Sequence record: OR062527
Source of the DNA: Escherichia phage vB_EcoM_11B_SA_NWU
DNA: 64,000 bases
Reading direction: 5' to 3' (one strand)
This document shows positions 1 to 9,899 of the stretch, piece after piece. Numbering within the stretch: the stretch's first letter is position 1; the number at the start of each line of letters is the position of its first letter. The position numbers and the translations under genes are program-made. The notes under the pieces were generated by a model. That model was not told where the DNA came from, did not search any database, and saw nothing but the letters and a program-made list of their open reading frames with translations.

Positions 1-864
1 CTTCAGGAAGGTTTCAACGGTTCTACCGATAACCCATGGAATGAAATGGGCTTCCGTATCGATAAACAAGTTATCGAAGCTAAATCTCGTCAGCTGAAAG
101 CTGCTTACTCTATCGAATTAGCACAAGACCTCCGCGCTGTTCACGGTATGGATGCTGATGCTGAACTGTCTGGTATTCTGGCTACCGAAATCATGCTGGA
201 AATCAACCGTGAAGTTGTTGATTGGATTAACTACTCAGCTCAGGTTGGTAAATCTGGTATGACCCTGACTCCGGGTTCTAAAGCTGGTGTATTTGACTTC
301 CAGGATCCGATTGATATTCGTGGTGCTCGCTGGGCAGGTGAATCCTTTAAAGCTCTGTTGTTCCAGATTGACAAAGAAGCAGTTGAAATTGCTCGTCAAA
401 CCGGTCGTGGTGAAGGTAACTTCATTATCGCTTCCCGTAACGTAGTTAACGTTCTGGCTTCAGTTGATACTGGCATTTCTTATGCTGCACAGGGTCTGGC
501 TACTGGATTTAACACTGATACTACCAAGTCAGTATTTGCTGGTGTTCTGGGTGGTAAATACCGTGTATATATCGACCAGTATGCTAAACAGGATTATTTC
601 ACTGTAGGTTATAAAGGTCCGAACGAAATGGATGCTGGTATTTACTATGCTCCATATGTAGCTTTGACTCCGCTGCGTGGTTCTGATCCGAAGAACTTCC
701 AACCAGTAATGGGATTCAAAACTCGTTACGGTATCGGTATCAACCCATTTGCAGAATCCGCTGCTCAGGCTCCGGCTTCTCGCATCCAGAGCGGTATGCC
801 TTCTATTCTGAATAGCCTTGGTAAAAACGCTTACTTTAGACGTGTATATGTTAAAGGTATCTAA
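1..864 (+). CDS. 23: Major capsid protein gp23, C-terminal part (5' end lies outside window)
   Basis: Frame is open from nt 1 (LQEGFNGSTDNPWNEMGFRIDKQ...); sequence matches T4 gp23 C-terminal region from memory; stop at 862-864. Confidence 0.95.
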   Translation, partial: LQEGFNGSTDNPWNEMGFRIDKQVIEAKSRQLKAAYSIELAQDLRAVHGMDADAELSGILATEIMLEINREVVDWINYSAQVGKSGMTLTPGSKAGVFDFQDPIDIRGARWAGESFKALLFQIDKEAVEIARQTGRGEGNFIIASRNVVNVLASVDTGISYAAQGLATGFNTDTTKSVFAGVLGGKYRVYIDQYAKQDYFTVGYKGPNEMDAGIYYAPYVALTPLRGSDPKNFQPVMGFKTRYGIGINPFAESAAQAPASRIQSGMPSILNSLGKNAYFRRVYVKGI

Positions 865-878
865 TCTTTGACGATTTA

Positions 879-910
879 AGGGACCTTCGGGTCCCTTTAG
901 TTGTTTTTAT
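879..910 (+). terminator. Stem-loop (agggacc-ttcg-ggtccct) followed by T-rich run, downstream of gene 23
   Basis: Perfect inverted repeat with UUCG-type loop then ttagttgttttt. Confidence 0.6.
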
Positions 911-912
911 GG

Positions 913-920
913 TATAAATA
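913..920 (+). promoter_or_regulatory. T4-type late promoter TATAAATA upstream of gene 24
   Basis: Exact TATAAATA about 28 nt upstream of the gene 24 ATG. Confidence 0.6.
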
Positions 921-947
921 AATCATATAAACCAAAAGGAAAGCGCA

Positions 948-2231
948 ATGGCTAAAATCAACGAACTTCTGCGCGAATCAACCACAACGAATAGCAACTC
1001 AATCGGTCGCCCAAATCTCGTTGCTTTGACTCGCGCTACCACTAAATTAATATATTCTGACATTGTAGCAACGCAAAGAACTAATCAACCTGTTGCTGCT
1101 TTTTATGGTATCAAATACCTTAACCCAGACAACGAATTTACATTTAAAACTGGTGCTACTTACGCTGGCGAAGCTGGATATGTAGACCGAGAAAAAATCA
1201 CAGAATTAACAGAAGAGTCTAAATTAACTCTCAATAAAGGCGATTTATTCAAATATAATAATATCGTTTATAAAGTATTAGAAGATACACCATTTGCTGA
1301 TATTGAAGAAAGCGATTTAGAATTAGCTCTTCAGATTGCAATTGTTCTTTTAAAGGTTCGTCTATTTTCTGACGCAGCGTCAACAAGCAAATTTGAAAGC
1401 TCTGATAGTGAAATTGCGGATGCTAGATTCCAGATTAATAAATGGCAAACCGCAGTTAAATCTCGCAAACTTAAAACTGGTATCACAGTTGAATTAGCAC
1501 AAGATTTAGAAGCAAACGGATTCGATGCTCCTAATTTCTTAGAAGATTTGCTTGCAACCGAAATGGCAGATGAAATCAATAAAGATATTCTGCAGTCTTT
1601 GATTACAGTATCAAAACGTTATAAAGTTACAGGAATTACTGATACTGGATTCATTGATTTGAGTTATGCATCTGCACCTGAAGCTGGTCGTTCATTATAC
1701 CGAATGGTATGTGAAATGGTTTCGCATATCCAAAAAGAATCAACTTATACAGCAACGTTCTGTGTTGCTTCTGCTCGTGCCGCTGCGATTCTTGCTGCAT
1801 CAGGTTGGTTAAAACATAAACCAGAAGATGACAAGTATCTTTCACAAAATGCCTACGGGTTCTTAGCTAATGGTTTACCGCTTTATTGCGATACTAACAG
1901 CCCATTAGATTATGTAATCGTTGGCGTAGTAGAAAATATCGGTGAAAAAGAAATTGTTGGATCAATTTTCTATGCTCCGTATACAGAAGGTCTCGACTTA
2001 GATGACCCTGAACATGTAGGTGCATTTAAAGTTGTTGTTGATCCAGAAAGCTTGCAACCGTCTATCGGTTTATTAGTTAGATATGCTTTATCTGCAAATC
2101 CTTACACCGTAGCAAAAGATGAAAAAGAAGCAAGAGTAATTGATGGTGGAGACATGGATAAAATGGCGGGTCGTTCAGATTTGTCCGTTTTATTAGGTGT
2201 TAAGCTACCAAAAATTATCATTGATGAATAA
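948..2231 (+). CDS. 24: Head vertex protein gp24
   Basis: 427 aa, follows gene 23, capsid-like fold paralog; matches T4 gp24 from memory. Confidence 0.93.
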   Translation: MAKINELLRESTTTNSNSIGRPNLVALTRATTKLIYSDIVATQRTNQPVAAFYGIKYLNPDNEFTFKTGATYAGEAGYVDREKITELTEESKLTLNKGDLFKYNNIVYKVLEDTPFADIEESDLELALQIAIVLLKVRLFSDAASTSKFESSDSEIADARFQINKWQTAVKSRKLKTGITVELAQDLEANGFDAPNFLEDLLATEMADEINKDILQSLITVSKRYKVTGITDTGFIDLSYASAPEAGRSLYRMVCEMVSHIQKESTYTATFCVASARAAAILAASGWLKHKPEDDKYLSQNAYGFLANGLPLYCDTNSPLDYVIVGVVENIGEKEIVGSIFYAPYTEGLDLDDPEHVGAFKVVVDPESLQPSIGLLVRYALSANPYTVAKDEKEARVIDGGDMDKMAGRSDLSVLLGVKLPKIIIDE

Positions 2232-2237
2232 ATCAAA

Positions 2238-2258
2238 GGGACCGAAAGGTCCCTTTTT
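2238..2258. terminator. Stem-loop gggacc-gaaa-ggtccc with T-run, between convergent genes 24 and rnlB
   Basis: Perfect 6-bp GC stem, GAAA loop, followed by ttttt on + strand. Confidence 0.55.
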
Positions 2259-2260
2259 AT

Positions 2261-3265
2261 TTAGCTCACCAACTCAATCCAAGCCGGACGAAGTACATCT
2301 TGTACCATTTTAACTAATTCCTTTTTAACCAAAGAAGGATTATCCGCTTGAGTTAGAGTAATACCTTCACGAGAAGTTTCTTCCAAAATATCTTGAACAG
2401 TTAGTCCCATCACCTTTCCAAAATCTTTAGGACCAATTTCGCCAATTTTAGAAATAACATTATTTACTCGGTTCAGTGTAACATAACAAGCTAAAATTCC
2501 CATCAGCTTATTATCAGCTTCTGATAGTTCAACTTTAGCTTTAATAGGCTTATCAGACTTTTTCTTTTCACTAAATTTGGAATTCTTACATTTAATTGCT
2601 ACACGATTTCCATTATGAAGCCAAGAAGGATAACAAGGTTTCAATACATATCCTTCAGCGGTAAACACTTCACCTTTTGCTTCGGCATTCCAAACGCATT
2701 TATTTGCATCAACTAATCCAGCATGGTCTACTGTAAAATTATAATCTTGGACGACAGAATCTAAATCATTTGGCAATTTAATAAGCTCTTCAAATTTACC
2801 GCGACCTAAAAGTGGAGCCATTTTAAATTTGAATGTATTACAGAATGATTCCATCATATAATCATCGACATAAGTCACATCACCACTTTCTGTAGTGACA
2901 ATAATGTCAAATACATAAAAATCTTTATCACCATAATCAACATTCTTCTGAATGCCAGGTCCAGCGAATTCGCCAAAGACTTGATAAGATACAACCGCTG
3001 AAGTTTCCATAATATCTTGTACTGCTTTAATGGAATCAGCGTAATTCTTTAGAATAATTTCATACCCAAAGAAATCTTCAGCAGGAAGAATAGGACCAGT
3101 ACGTTTAGCGCAAGTTACTTTATCACGCTCAATAATCAATGAGAAATTTGTGCCGTGAATCTTTTCACGAGCTACCCATTCGCCGCCAGTCAATCCTAAG
3201 CTATAAAGTTTTTCAATAAATTTAGAGTTGTAATGATTTTCAAGACTGCTATACTTTTTAAACAT
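2261..3265 (-). CDS. rnlB: RNA ligase 2 (Rnl2)
   Basis: 334 aa; nucleotidyltransferase lysine motif KIHGTN; matches T4 Rnl2 (gene 24.1) from memory. Confidence 0.93.
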   Translation of the reverse strand: MFKKYSSLENHYNSKFIEKLYSLGLTGGEWVAREKIHGTNFSLIIERDKVTCAKRTGPILPAEDFFGYEIILKNYADSIKAVQDIMETSAVVSYQVFGEFAGPGIQKNVDYGDKDFYVFDIIVTTESGDVTYVDDYMMESFCNTFKFKMAPLLGRGKFEELIKLPNDLDSVVQDYNFTVDHAGLVDANKCVWNAEAKGEVFTAEGYVLKPCYPSWLHNGNRVAIKCKNSKFSEKKKSDKPIKAKVELSEADNKLMGILACYVTLNRVNNVISKIGEIGPKDFGKVMGLTVQDILEETSREGITLTQADNPSLVKKELVKMVQDVLRPAWIELVS

Positions 3266-3274
3266 AATTAATCC

Positions 3275-3553
3275 TCAAAATGTAATTTCTAACCAATCAC
3301 CATCACGCTGATCACTATTAACTTTAAAGCTGAATCCTTCTTTTCTCAACCAATCACCAATTTCTTCAGTAATCAATTTATCGCGAGCAGTACAATAATA
3401 ACTAAAATATGTTTTACCTTGTTCAGCTGCTTTATTAGCAAGTTCCGAAAAATCTTTAATAAAACACTCTAGTTTAAACTGTTTGCTTTTTAATGCTTTT
3501 TCGCGTAATTGATTAGCAAAAGATTCATTTTCATAAAGATCATACTGTTCCAT
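3275..3553 (-). CDS. Hypothetical small protein (position of T4 24.2)
   Basis: 92-aa ORF in operon with rnlB, start overlaps upstream ORF. Confidence 0.6.
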   Translation of the reverse strand: MEQYDLYENESFANQLREKALKSKQFKLECFIKDFSELANKAAEQGKTYFSYYCTARDKLITEEIGDWLRKEGFSFKVNSDQRDGDWLEITF

Positions 3554-3755
3554 TTTTCACCTTTTTATTAATATGTCTTTTTCTATAGACAACTTTTTCT
3601 CGAGTTTCAAATTTATTCTTAGCAGTCATAGCTCGAGCCCATAATACAGCCACTTCTTTCGCCTGTAAGTTTAATTCACGAGCAATTTCAATGAATGACT
3701 TTCCAGACTCATGAAGAGTAAACACCACAACCTCAGTTCTCATAATCAATCTCAT
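3540..3755 (-). CDS. Hypothetical small protein with putative helix-turn-helix (position of T4 24.3)
   Basis: 71-aa ORF; segment GKSFIEIARELNLQAKEVAVLW resembles an HTH. Confidence 0.5.
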   Translation of the reverse strand: MRLIMRTEVVVFTLHESGKSFIEIARELNLQAKEVAVLWARAMTAKNKFETREKVVYRKRHINKKVKNGTV

Positions 3756-3807
3756 GTTATCGAGTTGGTGCCATTATATACATCGTTTTCTGACTATGTT
3801 TTGTGTG

Positions 3808-3839
3808 CTTTCAAAATGAAGAAAGGGGCCGAAGCCCCT
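3808..3839 (-). terminator. Stem-loop aggggc-cgaa-gcccct with downstream T-rich run on minus strand, after hoc
   Basis: Inverted repeat; minus-strand transcript reads hairpin then uuucuucauuuu. Confidence 0.55.
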
Positions 3840-3844
3840 TACGA

Positions 3845-5263
3845 TTATGGATAGGTATAGATGATACCAGTTTCTAAAGCAGTTTTATGAATGATGTATC
3901 CATTACGTGATTCTTGAACATCAACTTCTGGATAGTCTTTCATCATCTTCTGAAGAGTGTAACGATGCAAGTAGTACTTACTATCTGGATCGTCAGTTTT
4001 CCAATCTTTACCTTCTTCAGTCATTTTTTGGATTTCATCCATAACCCACCAACCGCACCAGATGTAAGCTGAAGTACGGTGTGGAAGAGGATGAACATAA
4101 GGCAATTCACCTTCTGGTTCCGGAGCAACTTTATCAGTCACTTGAACTTGACCTGTTGTTTTAACTGTTTTGCTATCATAATCAGTTGCTGCAACGACAG
4201 CAGTAACTTCAATAGTTTGACTTCCAACAGATGAGGTATCGACAGTATATACGTTAGTTGACCCTTCTACAGGAGAAGAATCTTTCTTCCACGAGTAAGT
4301 AATTTGTGCTTCTTCTGGAGCATCCGTAACATTAGCCGTAAATGTAGCCGAAGCATCTTGCTGAACGTTAATAGAAGGAGGAGTCAATGTAACCTGTGGA
4401 TTCATTGTCTTCTTATTAACCGTTAATGATACTTCATTCGAAGTAACTTCCTTTTCATTGTAATTTTCAGCAGTTACTTGGGCTACGCATTTAATTCTTT
4501 TTACTCCACTTGTAGTTGGAGTATAGCTAAATGTAGAGTTAGTTTCTCCACCAACTTGTGAATCATCTACATACCACTGATACGTAGCAGATGCTCCATC
4601 AGGTTGAGAAGCTAAGGCAGCAGTAAATTGAACTGGGGTTCCAATTACTCCAGCTGAAGGACTATCGGGAGTTACTGCCAAAGTAGTTGTCTGTGTCTTT
4701 TTATTAACAGTCAGTGACACTTCATTAGAAGTAACTTCTTTTGCATCATAATCTGTCGCGGTTACTTGAGCTACACACTTAATTGTTTTAACTCCACTTG
4801 TGTCAGGAGTGTAATTGAATGTAGCGCTAGTCGCTTCGCTCACAGGAGAACTGTCAACGTACCATTGATACGTAGCAGATGCGCCTGATGGCTGCGAAGC
4901 CAAAGCAGCGGTAAATTTAACAGCTGTTCCAATCACTCCAGCCGCAGGACTAGCAGGAGTTACGGCTAAGGTAGTCGTCTGTGTCTTATTTTTAACTGTG
5001 ATAGTTGTTGTCGCTTCAGCCGTTTCCGGGCCTCCTTCAGAAAGTGTATTTGTTGCAACTACTTTAATAGTCTTTTGACCAGCAGGACCTTTTAATACAT
5101 AATCAAAAGTTGCTTCAGACCCATCTTGTGGAGCATTATCTACACTCCAAGCATAAGTAATAGTTCCACCTCCAGTTTCACCACTGGGTGCAGCAGTAAA
5201 CTGCTTGGTTTCATCAATAACTCCTGACGGTGTTTTAGGAGTTATATCAACTGTAAAAGCCAT
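3845..5263 (-). CDS. hoc: Highly immunogenic outer capsid protein Hoc, 472 aa, with one extra Ig-like domain relative to the 376-aa T4 Hoc
   Basis: N- and C-terminal regions match T4 Hoc from memory; contains two adjacent ~96-aa repeats beginning NKKTQTTTLAVTP. Confidence 0.9.
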   Translation of the reverse strand: MAFTVDITPKTPSGVIDETKQFTAAPSGETGGGTITYAWSVDNAPQDGSEATFDYVLKGPAGQKTIKVVATNTLSEGGPETAEATTTITVKNKTQTTTLAVTPASPAAGVIGTAVKFTAALASQPSGASATYQWYVDSSPVSEATSATFNYTPDTSGVKTIKCVAQVTATDYDAKEVTSNEVSLTVNKKTQTTTLAVTPDSPSAGVIGTPVQFTAALASQPDGASATYQWYVDDSQVGGETNSTFSYTPTTSGVKRIKCVAQVTAENYNEKEVTSNEVSLTVNKKTMNPQVTLTPPSINVQQDASATFTANVTDAPEEAQITYSWKKDSSPVEGSTNVYTVDTSSVGSQTIEVTAVVAATDYDSKTVKTTGQVQVTDKVAPEPEGELPYVHPLPHRTSAYIWCGWWVMDEIQKMTEEGKDWKTDDPDSKYYLHRYTLQKMMKDYPEVDVQESRNGYIIHKTALETGIIYTYP

Positions 5264-5272
5264 AAGTTATCC

Positions 5273-5953
5273 TTATTTTAATGTTACGAAAGAAGAATTG
5301 CGTGTTTCACGAATTAGAACTGATCCGTCGCGATTAATGTAATAAATTAAGCTAAACAGAGTTTGGTGTGCTGACGCGTGTTCAAAACTAGTTGGATGAG
5401 ATTTCCAATCAGGAGTTTCAGCGATCCATTGATAAATCCACCAAGGAACCGTACAGAATCCTGGATTTTTCCCCAATAATTGAAGATTCGGGCTAAAGTT
5501 TTCCGGAAGAGTAAATACAGACGGCTTTTCAGATTCAATAATCTCAGCTACAGCTTGTTCAAACTTTTCTTCAACAAAAGGAGTGTCTTCAATCAAAACA
5601 TCAGTATTTTCAGGAATTTTATCCGTTTCTACCACTTCAATTTTAATATCAGATTTAACTGGAGAATCAATCAGAAGTGCTGCTTCTGGATTAACTTCTT
5701 CATCGTCATATTTTAATCCCTCTGCAGCATCAGCAGCATCAATTAAGTCTTTAATAGATAACCCATCAGTCTCTGGCATAGGTTCACTAGCGAGCTTCTG
5801 GAGGGCTTCTTCAATATCAACAACAATATTATCAAAAGATTTATTCTTTTTGACCTTTATACCAAACTGTTCAGCATATTCAGCTAATTTAGCTTTAGCT
5901 TCTTTATTATCATCAAGAGCCTTCAGCTCTGCAATATAATCTTTATCTATCAT
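5273..5953 (-). CDS. inh: Inhibitor of prohead protease (Inh)
   Basis: 226-aa acidic protein directly upstream of hoc as in T4; assignment by position and size. Confidence 0.7.
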   Translation of the reverse strand: MIDKDYIAELKALDDNKEAKAKLAEYAEQFGIKVKKNKSFDNIVVDIEEALQKLASEPMPETDGLSIKDLIDAADAAEGLKYDDEEVNPEAALLIDSPVKSDIKIEVVETDKIPENTDVLIEDTPFVEEKFEQAVAEIIESEKPSVFTLPENFSPNLQLLGKNPGFCTVPWWIYQWIAETPDWKSHPTSFEHASAHQTLFSLIYYINRDGSVLIRETRNSSFVTLK

Positions 5954-5966
5954 AATATTTCCTCAG

Positions 5967-5974
5967 TATAAATA
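5967..5974 (+). promoter_or_regulatory. Late promoter TATAAATA upstream of uvsW
   Basis: Exact TATAAATA about 30 nt upstream of uvsW ATG. Confidence 0.55.
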
Positions 5975-6003
5975 TAGATATATTTATTACATGGTATTTA
6001 GAC

Positions 6004-7515
6004 ATGACTGACATTAAAGTACATTTTTATGATTTTAGTCACGTGAGAATTGATTGTGAAGAAAGTACATTTCATGAACTCCGTGATTTCTTTAGCTTTG
6101 AAGCTGATGGGTATCGTTTTAATCCGAAATACAAATATGGCCACTGGGATGGACGAATCCGTCTTTTAGATTATAATCGCCTTCTTCCATTCGGCTTAGT
6201 CGGGCAAATTAAAAAGTTCTGTGATAACTTTGGCTATAAAGCCTGGATTGACCCACAAATTAACGAAAAAGAAGAATTATCAAGAAAAGATTTTGATGAA
6301 TGGCTTTCTAAATTAGAAATCTATTCAGGAAATAAAAGAATTGAACCACACTGGTATCAAAAAGATGCAGTGTTCGAAGGATTAGTTAATCGTCGTAGAA
6401 TTCTTAATCTTCCAACTTCGGCTGGTAAATCTTTAATTCAAGCTTTGCTTGCACGTTATTATTTGGAAAATTATGAAGGTAAAATTCTTATCATTGTTCC
6501 AACAACTGCTCTGACAACTCAGATGGCTGATGACTTTGTTGACTATCGTTTATTCAGTCATGCAATGATAAAGAAAATTGGTGGCGGAGCATCAAAAGAT
6601 GATAAATATAAAAATGATGCACCAGTCGTTGTTGGTACATGGCAAACTGTAGTAAAACAACCAAAAGAATGGTTCTCACAGTTTGGAATGATGATGAATG
6701 ATGAATGCCATCTTGCTACAGGAAAAAGTATTTCATCTATCATATCAGGTTTAAATAACTGTATGTTCAAATTTGGTCTATCTGGTTCATTACGTGACGG
6801 CAAAGCCAATATCATGCAGTATGTTGGAATGTTTGGCGAAATATTTAAGCCAGTAACGACTTCTAAGTTAATGGAAGATGGACAAGTAACTGAGCTAAAA
6901 ATTAATAGTATTTTTCTTCGTTATCCTGATGAGTTCACTACTAAATTAAAGGGAAAAACTTACCAAGAAGAAATAAAAATTATTACGGGGCTTAGTAAAA
7001 GAAATAAATGGATCGCTAAATTAGCTATTAAGCTTGCGCAAAAAGATGAAAACGCTTTTGTCATGTTTAAACATGTATCGCACGGTAAAGCTATTTTCGA
7101 TTTAATTAAAAATGAATACGATAAAGTTTATTACGTATCAGGGGAAGTTGATACCGAAACACGCAATATAATGAAAACCTTAGCTGAAAATGGTAAAGGA
7201 ATAATTATAGTAGCTAGTTATGGTGTATTTTCTACTGGTATTTCAGTTAAAAATCTGCATCACGTTGTTTTAGCGCACGGTGTTAAATCAAAAATCATTG
7301 TATTACAAACAATCGGTCGTGTATTACGTAAGCATGGTTCTAAGACAATAGCAACAGTCTGGGACCTCATAGATGATTGCGGTGTTAAGCCAAAATCTGC
7401 TAATACGAAAAAGAAATATGTTCATTTGAACTATCTTTTAAAACACGGCATTGATCGTATTCAGCGCTACGCGGATGAAAAATTTAATTACGTAATGAAA
7501 ACAGTTAATTTATAA
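6004..7515 (+). CDS. uvsW: UvsW DNA/RNA helicase (SF2)
   Basis: 503 aa; Walker A PTSAGKS, DECH box; matches T4 UvsW from memory. Confidence 0.95.
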   Translation: MTDIKVHFYDFSHVRIDCEESTFHELRDFFSFEADGYRFNPKYKYGHWDGRIRLLDYNRLLPFGLVGQIKKFCDNFGYKAWIDPQINEKEELSRKDFDEWLSKLEIYSGNKRIEPHWYQKDAVFEGLVNRRRILNLPTSAGKSLIQALLARYYLENYEGKILIIVPTTALTTQMADDFVDYRLFSHAMIKKIGGGASKDDKYKNDAPVVVGTWQTVVKQPKEWFSQFGMMMNDECHLATGKSISSIISGLNNCMFKFGLSGSLRDGKANIMQYVGMFGEIFKPVTTSKLMEDGQVTELKINSIFLRYPDEFTTKLKGKTYQEEIKIITGLSKRNKWIAKLAIKLAQKDENAFVMFKHVSHGKAIFDLIKNEYDKVYYVSGEVDTETRNIMKTLAENGKGIIIVASYGVFSTGISVKNLHHVVLAHGVKSKIIVLQTIGRVLRKHGSKTIATVWDLIDDCGVKPKSANTKKKYVHLNYLLKHGIDRIQRYADEKFNYVMKTVNL

Positions 7516-7528
7516 GGGCTTCGGCCCT

Positions 7529-7771
7529 TTGGAGAAAAAGATGTTACTAGAATTTAAACAATTTCTTTATGAAGCTTCTATTGATGAATTTATGGGTAAA
7601 ATTGCCTCTTGTCAAACATTAGAAGGTTTAGAAGAACTTGAAGCTTATTATAAGAAAAGAGTTAAAGAAACTGAATTAAAAGATACTGATGACATCTCAG
7701 TCAGAGATGCTTTGGCAGGAAAAAGAGCTGAATTAGAAGATTCAGACGATGAAGTAGAAGAAAGCTTTTAA
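7529..7771 (+). CDS. Small acidic protein downstream of uvsW (UvsW.1-like)
   Basis: 80-aa ORF 14 nt after uvsW stop; a gggc-ttcg-gccc stem-loop lies in the junction. Confidence 0.65.
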   Translation: MEKKMLLEFKQFLYEASIDEFMGKIASCQTLEGLEELEAYYKKRVKETELKDTDDISVRDALAGKRAELEDSDDEVEESF

Positions 7772-7826
7772 ATTAAAAAAGGCCCAACCAAAAAGGAAGG
7801 GCCAAAACTATAGACTAAAGGTCACA

Positions 7827-7994
7827 CTATAGCAAAAGTTGTGTTTCATTTAATTGTTCTTCCGAACTTTCTGAAACTGGTAGTTCTTTAATGTAATTAT
7901 AACAAGGCCCAGGATGTACAGGACCTTTGTCTGTTTCAACAACCAATGCAGAATCGATTGGAGTTTTACAGACAACACAAATCTTATCTGACAT
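7827..7994 (-). CDS. Small Cys-rich protein (probable zinc ribbon); likely start at internal Met of ORF 7827..8057
   Basis: SD aaggag precedes ATG at 7992-7994; CVVCK...C motif. Confidence 0.5.
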   Translation of the reverse strand: MSDKICVVCKTPIDSALVVETDKGPVHPGPCYNYIKELPVSESSEEQLNETQLLL

Positions 7995-8019
7995 GATTGT
8001 CTCCTTTTGAATATAGTAA

Positions 8020-8027
8020 TATTTATA
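8020..8027 (-). promoter_or_regulatory. Late promoter (TATAAATA on minus strand)
   Basis: Forward tatttata = minus-strand TATAAATA about 25 nt upstream of the small ORF start. Confidence 0.45.
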
Positions 8028-8117
8028 AACCCATTTTAATCCGCATTTCTTGTACACGGATTAAGCAAGCTTCCATCTCTGCTAATAGTCGAAATACTTC
8101 TTTATAATCTGTCATAT

Positions 8118-8345
8118 TTACCCCATATCTCTCATATGCATATCAATGCCCATATCTTTAGAATAAAAATATTCATCAAGATATCCGGCAAATTTTCCTT
8201 TAATATAAAGGACATCTTCACCACATGGGTGGTCGGCCAGGATACGAATATCCTGACGCTTAAGATTATGCTTTTTCATTAAGAATTGAATTTCCGTTTC
8301 AAATTCTTCTTCATAATTAAAAGCATCATCAATGCTATATCTCAT
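8118..8345 (-). CDS. Hypothetical protein between uvsW.1 and uvsY
   Basis: 75-aa ORF, stop/start overlap with uvsY. Confidence 0.55.
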   Translation of the reverse strand: MRYSIDDAFNYEEEFETEIQFLMKKHNLKRQDIRILADHPCGEDVLYIKGKFAGYLDEYFYSKDMGIDMHMRDMG

Positions 8346-8758
8346 TATTTTCCAGCCTCAAATGCTCGCATGTCTTGAATATGCTTAATAGCAAATCCAC
8401 GTGATTTAATAGCATCAAGAGCTCCGCTACAGAAATCTAATAAAATCCCCCAATACTGTAACGAGGTATCAACCTTTAAAACATCCTTATCAGCTGATAG
8501 AACTGTTTTCATTTCTGATTTCTCGTAACGATCCATACTAAATTCATCACCATCTCCTCGTCCCGAGTAGTAATCTAATTTAGCTTTAAGAGCAACTTTT
8601 TTCTGTGCTTCAATTCTAAGCATTTCCTTTTTAATACTTGAATGCTTATTAAGCCATTTACTATATAACATCACATTGTTAGCTGCTTCATACTGTAATT
8701 TAGTCGAATCTATAAACACATCTTTCTTCAATTCTTCTTGAAGATCTTCTAATCTCAT
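8345..8758 (-). CDS. uvsY: UvsY recombination mediator
   Basis: 137 aa, matches T4 UvsY length and sequence from memory. Confidence 0.9.
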   Translation of the reverse strand: MRLEDLQEELKKDVFIDSTKLQYEAANNVMLYSKWLNKHSSIKKEMLRIEAQKKVALKAKLDYYSGRGDGDEFSMDRYEKSEMKTVLSADKDVLKVDTSLQYWGILLDFCSGALDAIKSRGFAIKHIQDMRAFEAGK

Positions 8759-8824
8759 ATTGTTCTCTATTCAATTGTTATTGGATGGACTTAGATTCAT
8801 TATACCACGTTTATACGTGAAGCA

Positions 8825-9223
8825 TTATACTCTATTACTGGAAGCTAGTTGTAGTTTTATCTGCTCAATATCATCAGGGTTATCAATGACCGAAAAGCGT
8901 ATTTCTACTATCAGAGTATAATCATCATAAACTGGTATAACATTAACTGCTAATTTATCAATACGCGGCTCATAGTTTCTTACTGCGCTTTCGATATTAC
9001 GCTCAACCGTGTCAGCAGTAAGAGGAGTCATATTCTCAAAAAGTTGGTCAGATAAATCACATCCAAATTCAGGGTCAAACGGTCTTGAACCTTTTCTTGT
9101 TGTAATAATTCCTAAAAGACTATTTTTAATTGACCTTAATCCAAGTGATCTTGAAACGTCTTTGTTCCAATCCATTTTCATCTCTGGGTCAATATCAGAA
9201 TAAAGCTTATTAATATTTGCCAT
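8825..9223 (-). CDS. 25: Baseplate wedge protein gp25
   Basis: 132 aa; matches T4 gp25 from memory. Confidence 0.93.
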   Translation of the reverse strand: MANINKLYSDIDPEMKMDWNKDVSRSLGLRSIKNSLLGIITTRKGSRPFDPEFGCDLSDQLFENMTPLTADTVERNIESAVRNYEPRIDKLAVNVIPVYDDYTLIVEIRFSVIDNPDDIEQIKLQLASSNRV

Positions 9224-9849
9224 TACAATAGCTCAAAGAATTCTTTGAGTCCTCTTATTACATGAGCGTGAGTTTTTCCACACTCTGGACATTTAATTGG
9301 AACAGCCAAATACACAGTAGGCTTTAAAAGCATATCTTTTATAGCTACAATATCTGACTCTGTGATGATAGAATATAAATCTTCCAATTCTTTTTCATTT
9401 AAGTCTTCAACTGGAATGCTTTCCCCGTTAGCATGAATCGTTTCTATACATGATACTATCATATGGGCTATATTTTTATCATCAAAAATTTTAGGGTAAT
9501 GGAATTTAATTTTAATGTCACCCAGTGTATACCAGAGGTCTTCTGGTGCATCTATTTGTGTATGTAATAGATTTATATGGGTTGGTATTTCAGTTCCACA
9601 GGTGCACTTCCAGGAGTTTTCGTGATTAACTTCTCCAAGAGAATGCGCCCATAAATGAATCAGTAATAGTTCTGATTCTTGGCGGTTTAAATCTTTTGCA
9701 TTTGTACAGTCTTTGATTAGCTTTTTAACAATTACTTCTACGGAACCATTATTTTTGGCAGTAATAAGTTCTAGATATTCTTTAAGAGTAAATGCGCGAC
9801 AGTTGATTATTTTAGAACCAACTCTCACATCAAATTTGTATTCATACAT
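9223..9849 (-). CDS. 26: Baseplate hub protein gp26
   Basis: 208 aa; position and size as in T4. Confidence 0.85.
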   Translation of the reverse strand: MYEYKFDVRVGSKIINCRAFTLKEYLELITAKNNGSVEVIVKKLIKDCTNAKDLNRQESELLLIHLWAHSLGEVNHENSWKCTCGTEIPTHINLLHTQIDAPEDLWYTLGDIKIKFHYPKIFDDKNIAHMIVSCIETIHANGESIPVEDLNEKELEDLYSIITESDIVAIKDMLLKPTVYLAVPIKCPECGKTHAHVIRGLKEFFELL

Positions 9850-9870
9850 ATTTAGCTCCTTTATTTATCA

Positions 9871-9882
9871 TATTTATAAATA
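9871..9882. promoter_or_regulatory. Overlapping divergent late promoters (TATAAATA on both strands) between genes 26 and 51
   Basis: tatttataaata reads TATAAATA on + (9875-9882) and on - (9871-9878). Confidence 0.55.
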
Positions 9883-9899
9883 GAATAAAAGGAGCATCT

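Noticed and set aside
1331-1845. Minus-strand ORFs 1331..1579 and 1651..1845 inside gene 24
   Set aside because: Fully embedded antisense to a well-supported structural gene; low-complexity translations; treated as shadow ORFs. The same reasoning applies to other embedded ORFs in the track (e.g. 5347..5939, 6558..6815, 9009..9203, 11486..11680, 13438..13701, 19966..20426, 23569..23856, 26379..27179, 29563..30151, 31320..32037, 33682..34057, 34684..35331, 36135..36356, 41141..42070, 43967..44550, 46218..46460, 48382..48721, 49950..50222, 51695..53295, 57165..58048, 59142..59648, 62430..62705, 63315..63613).
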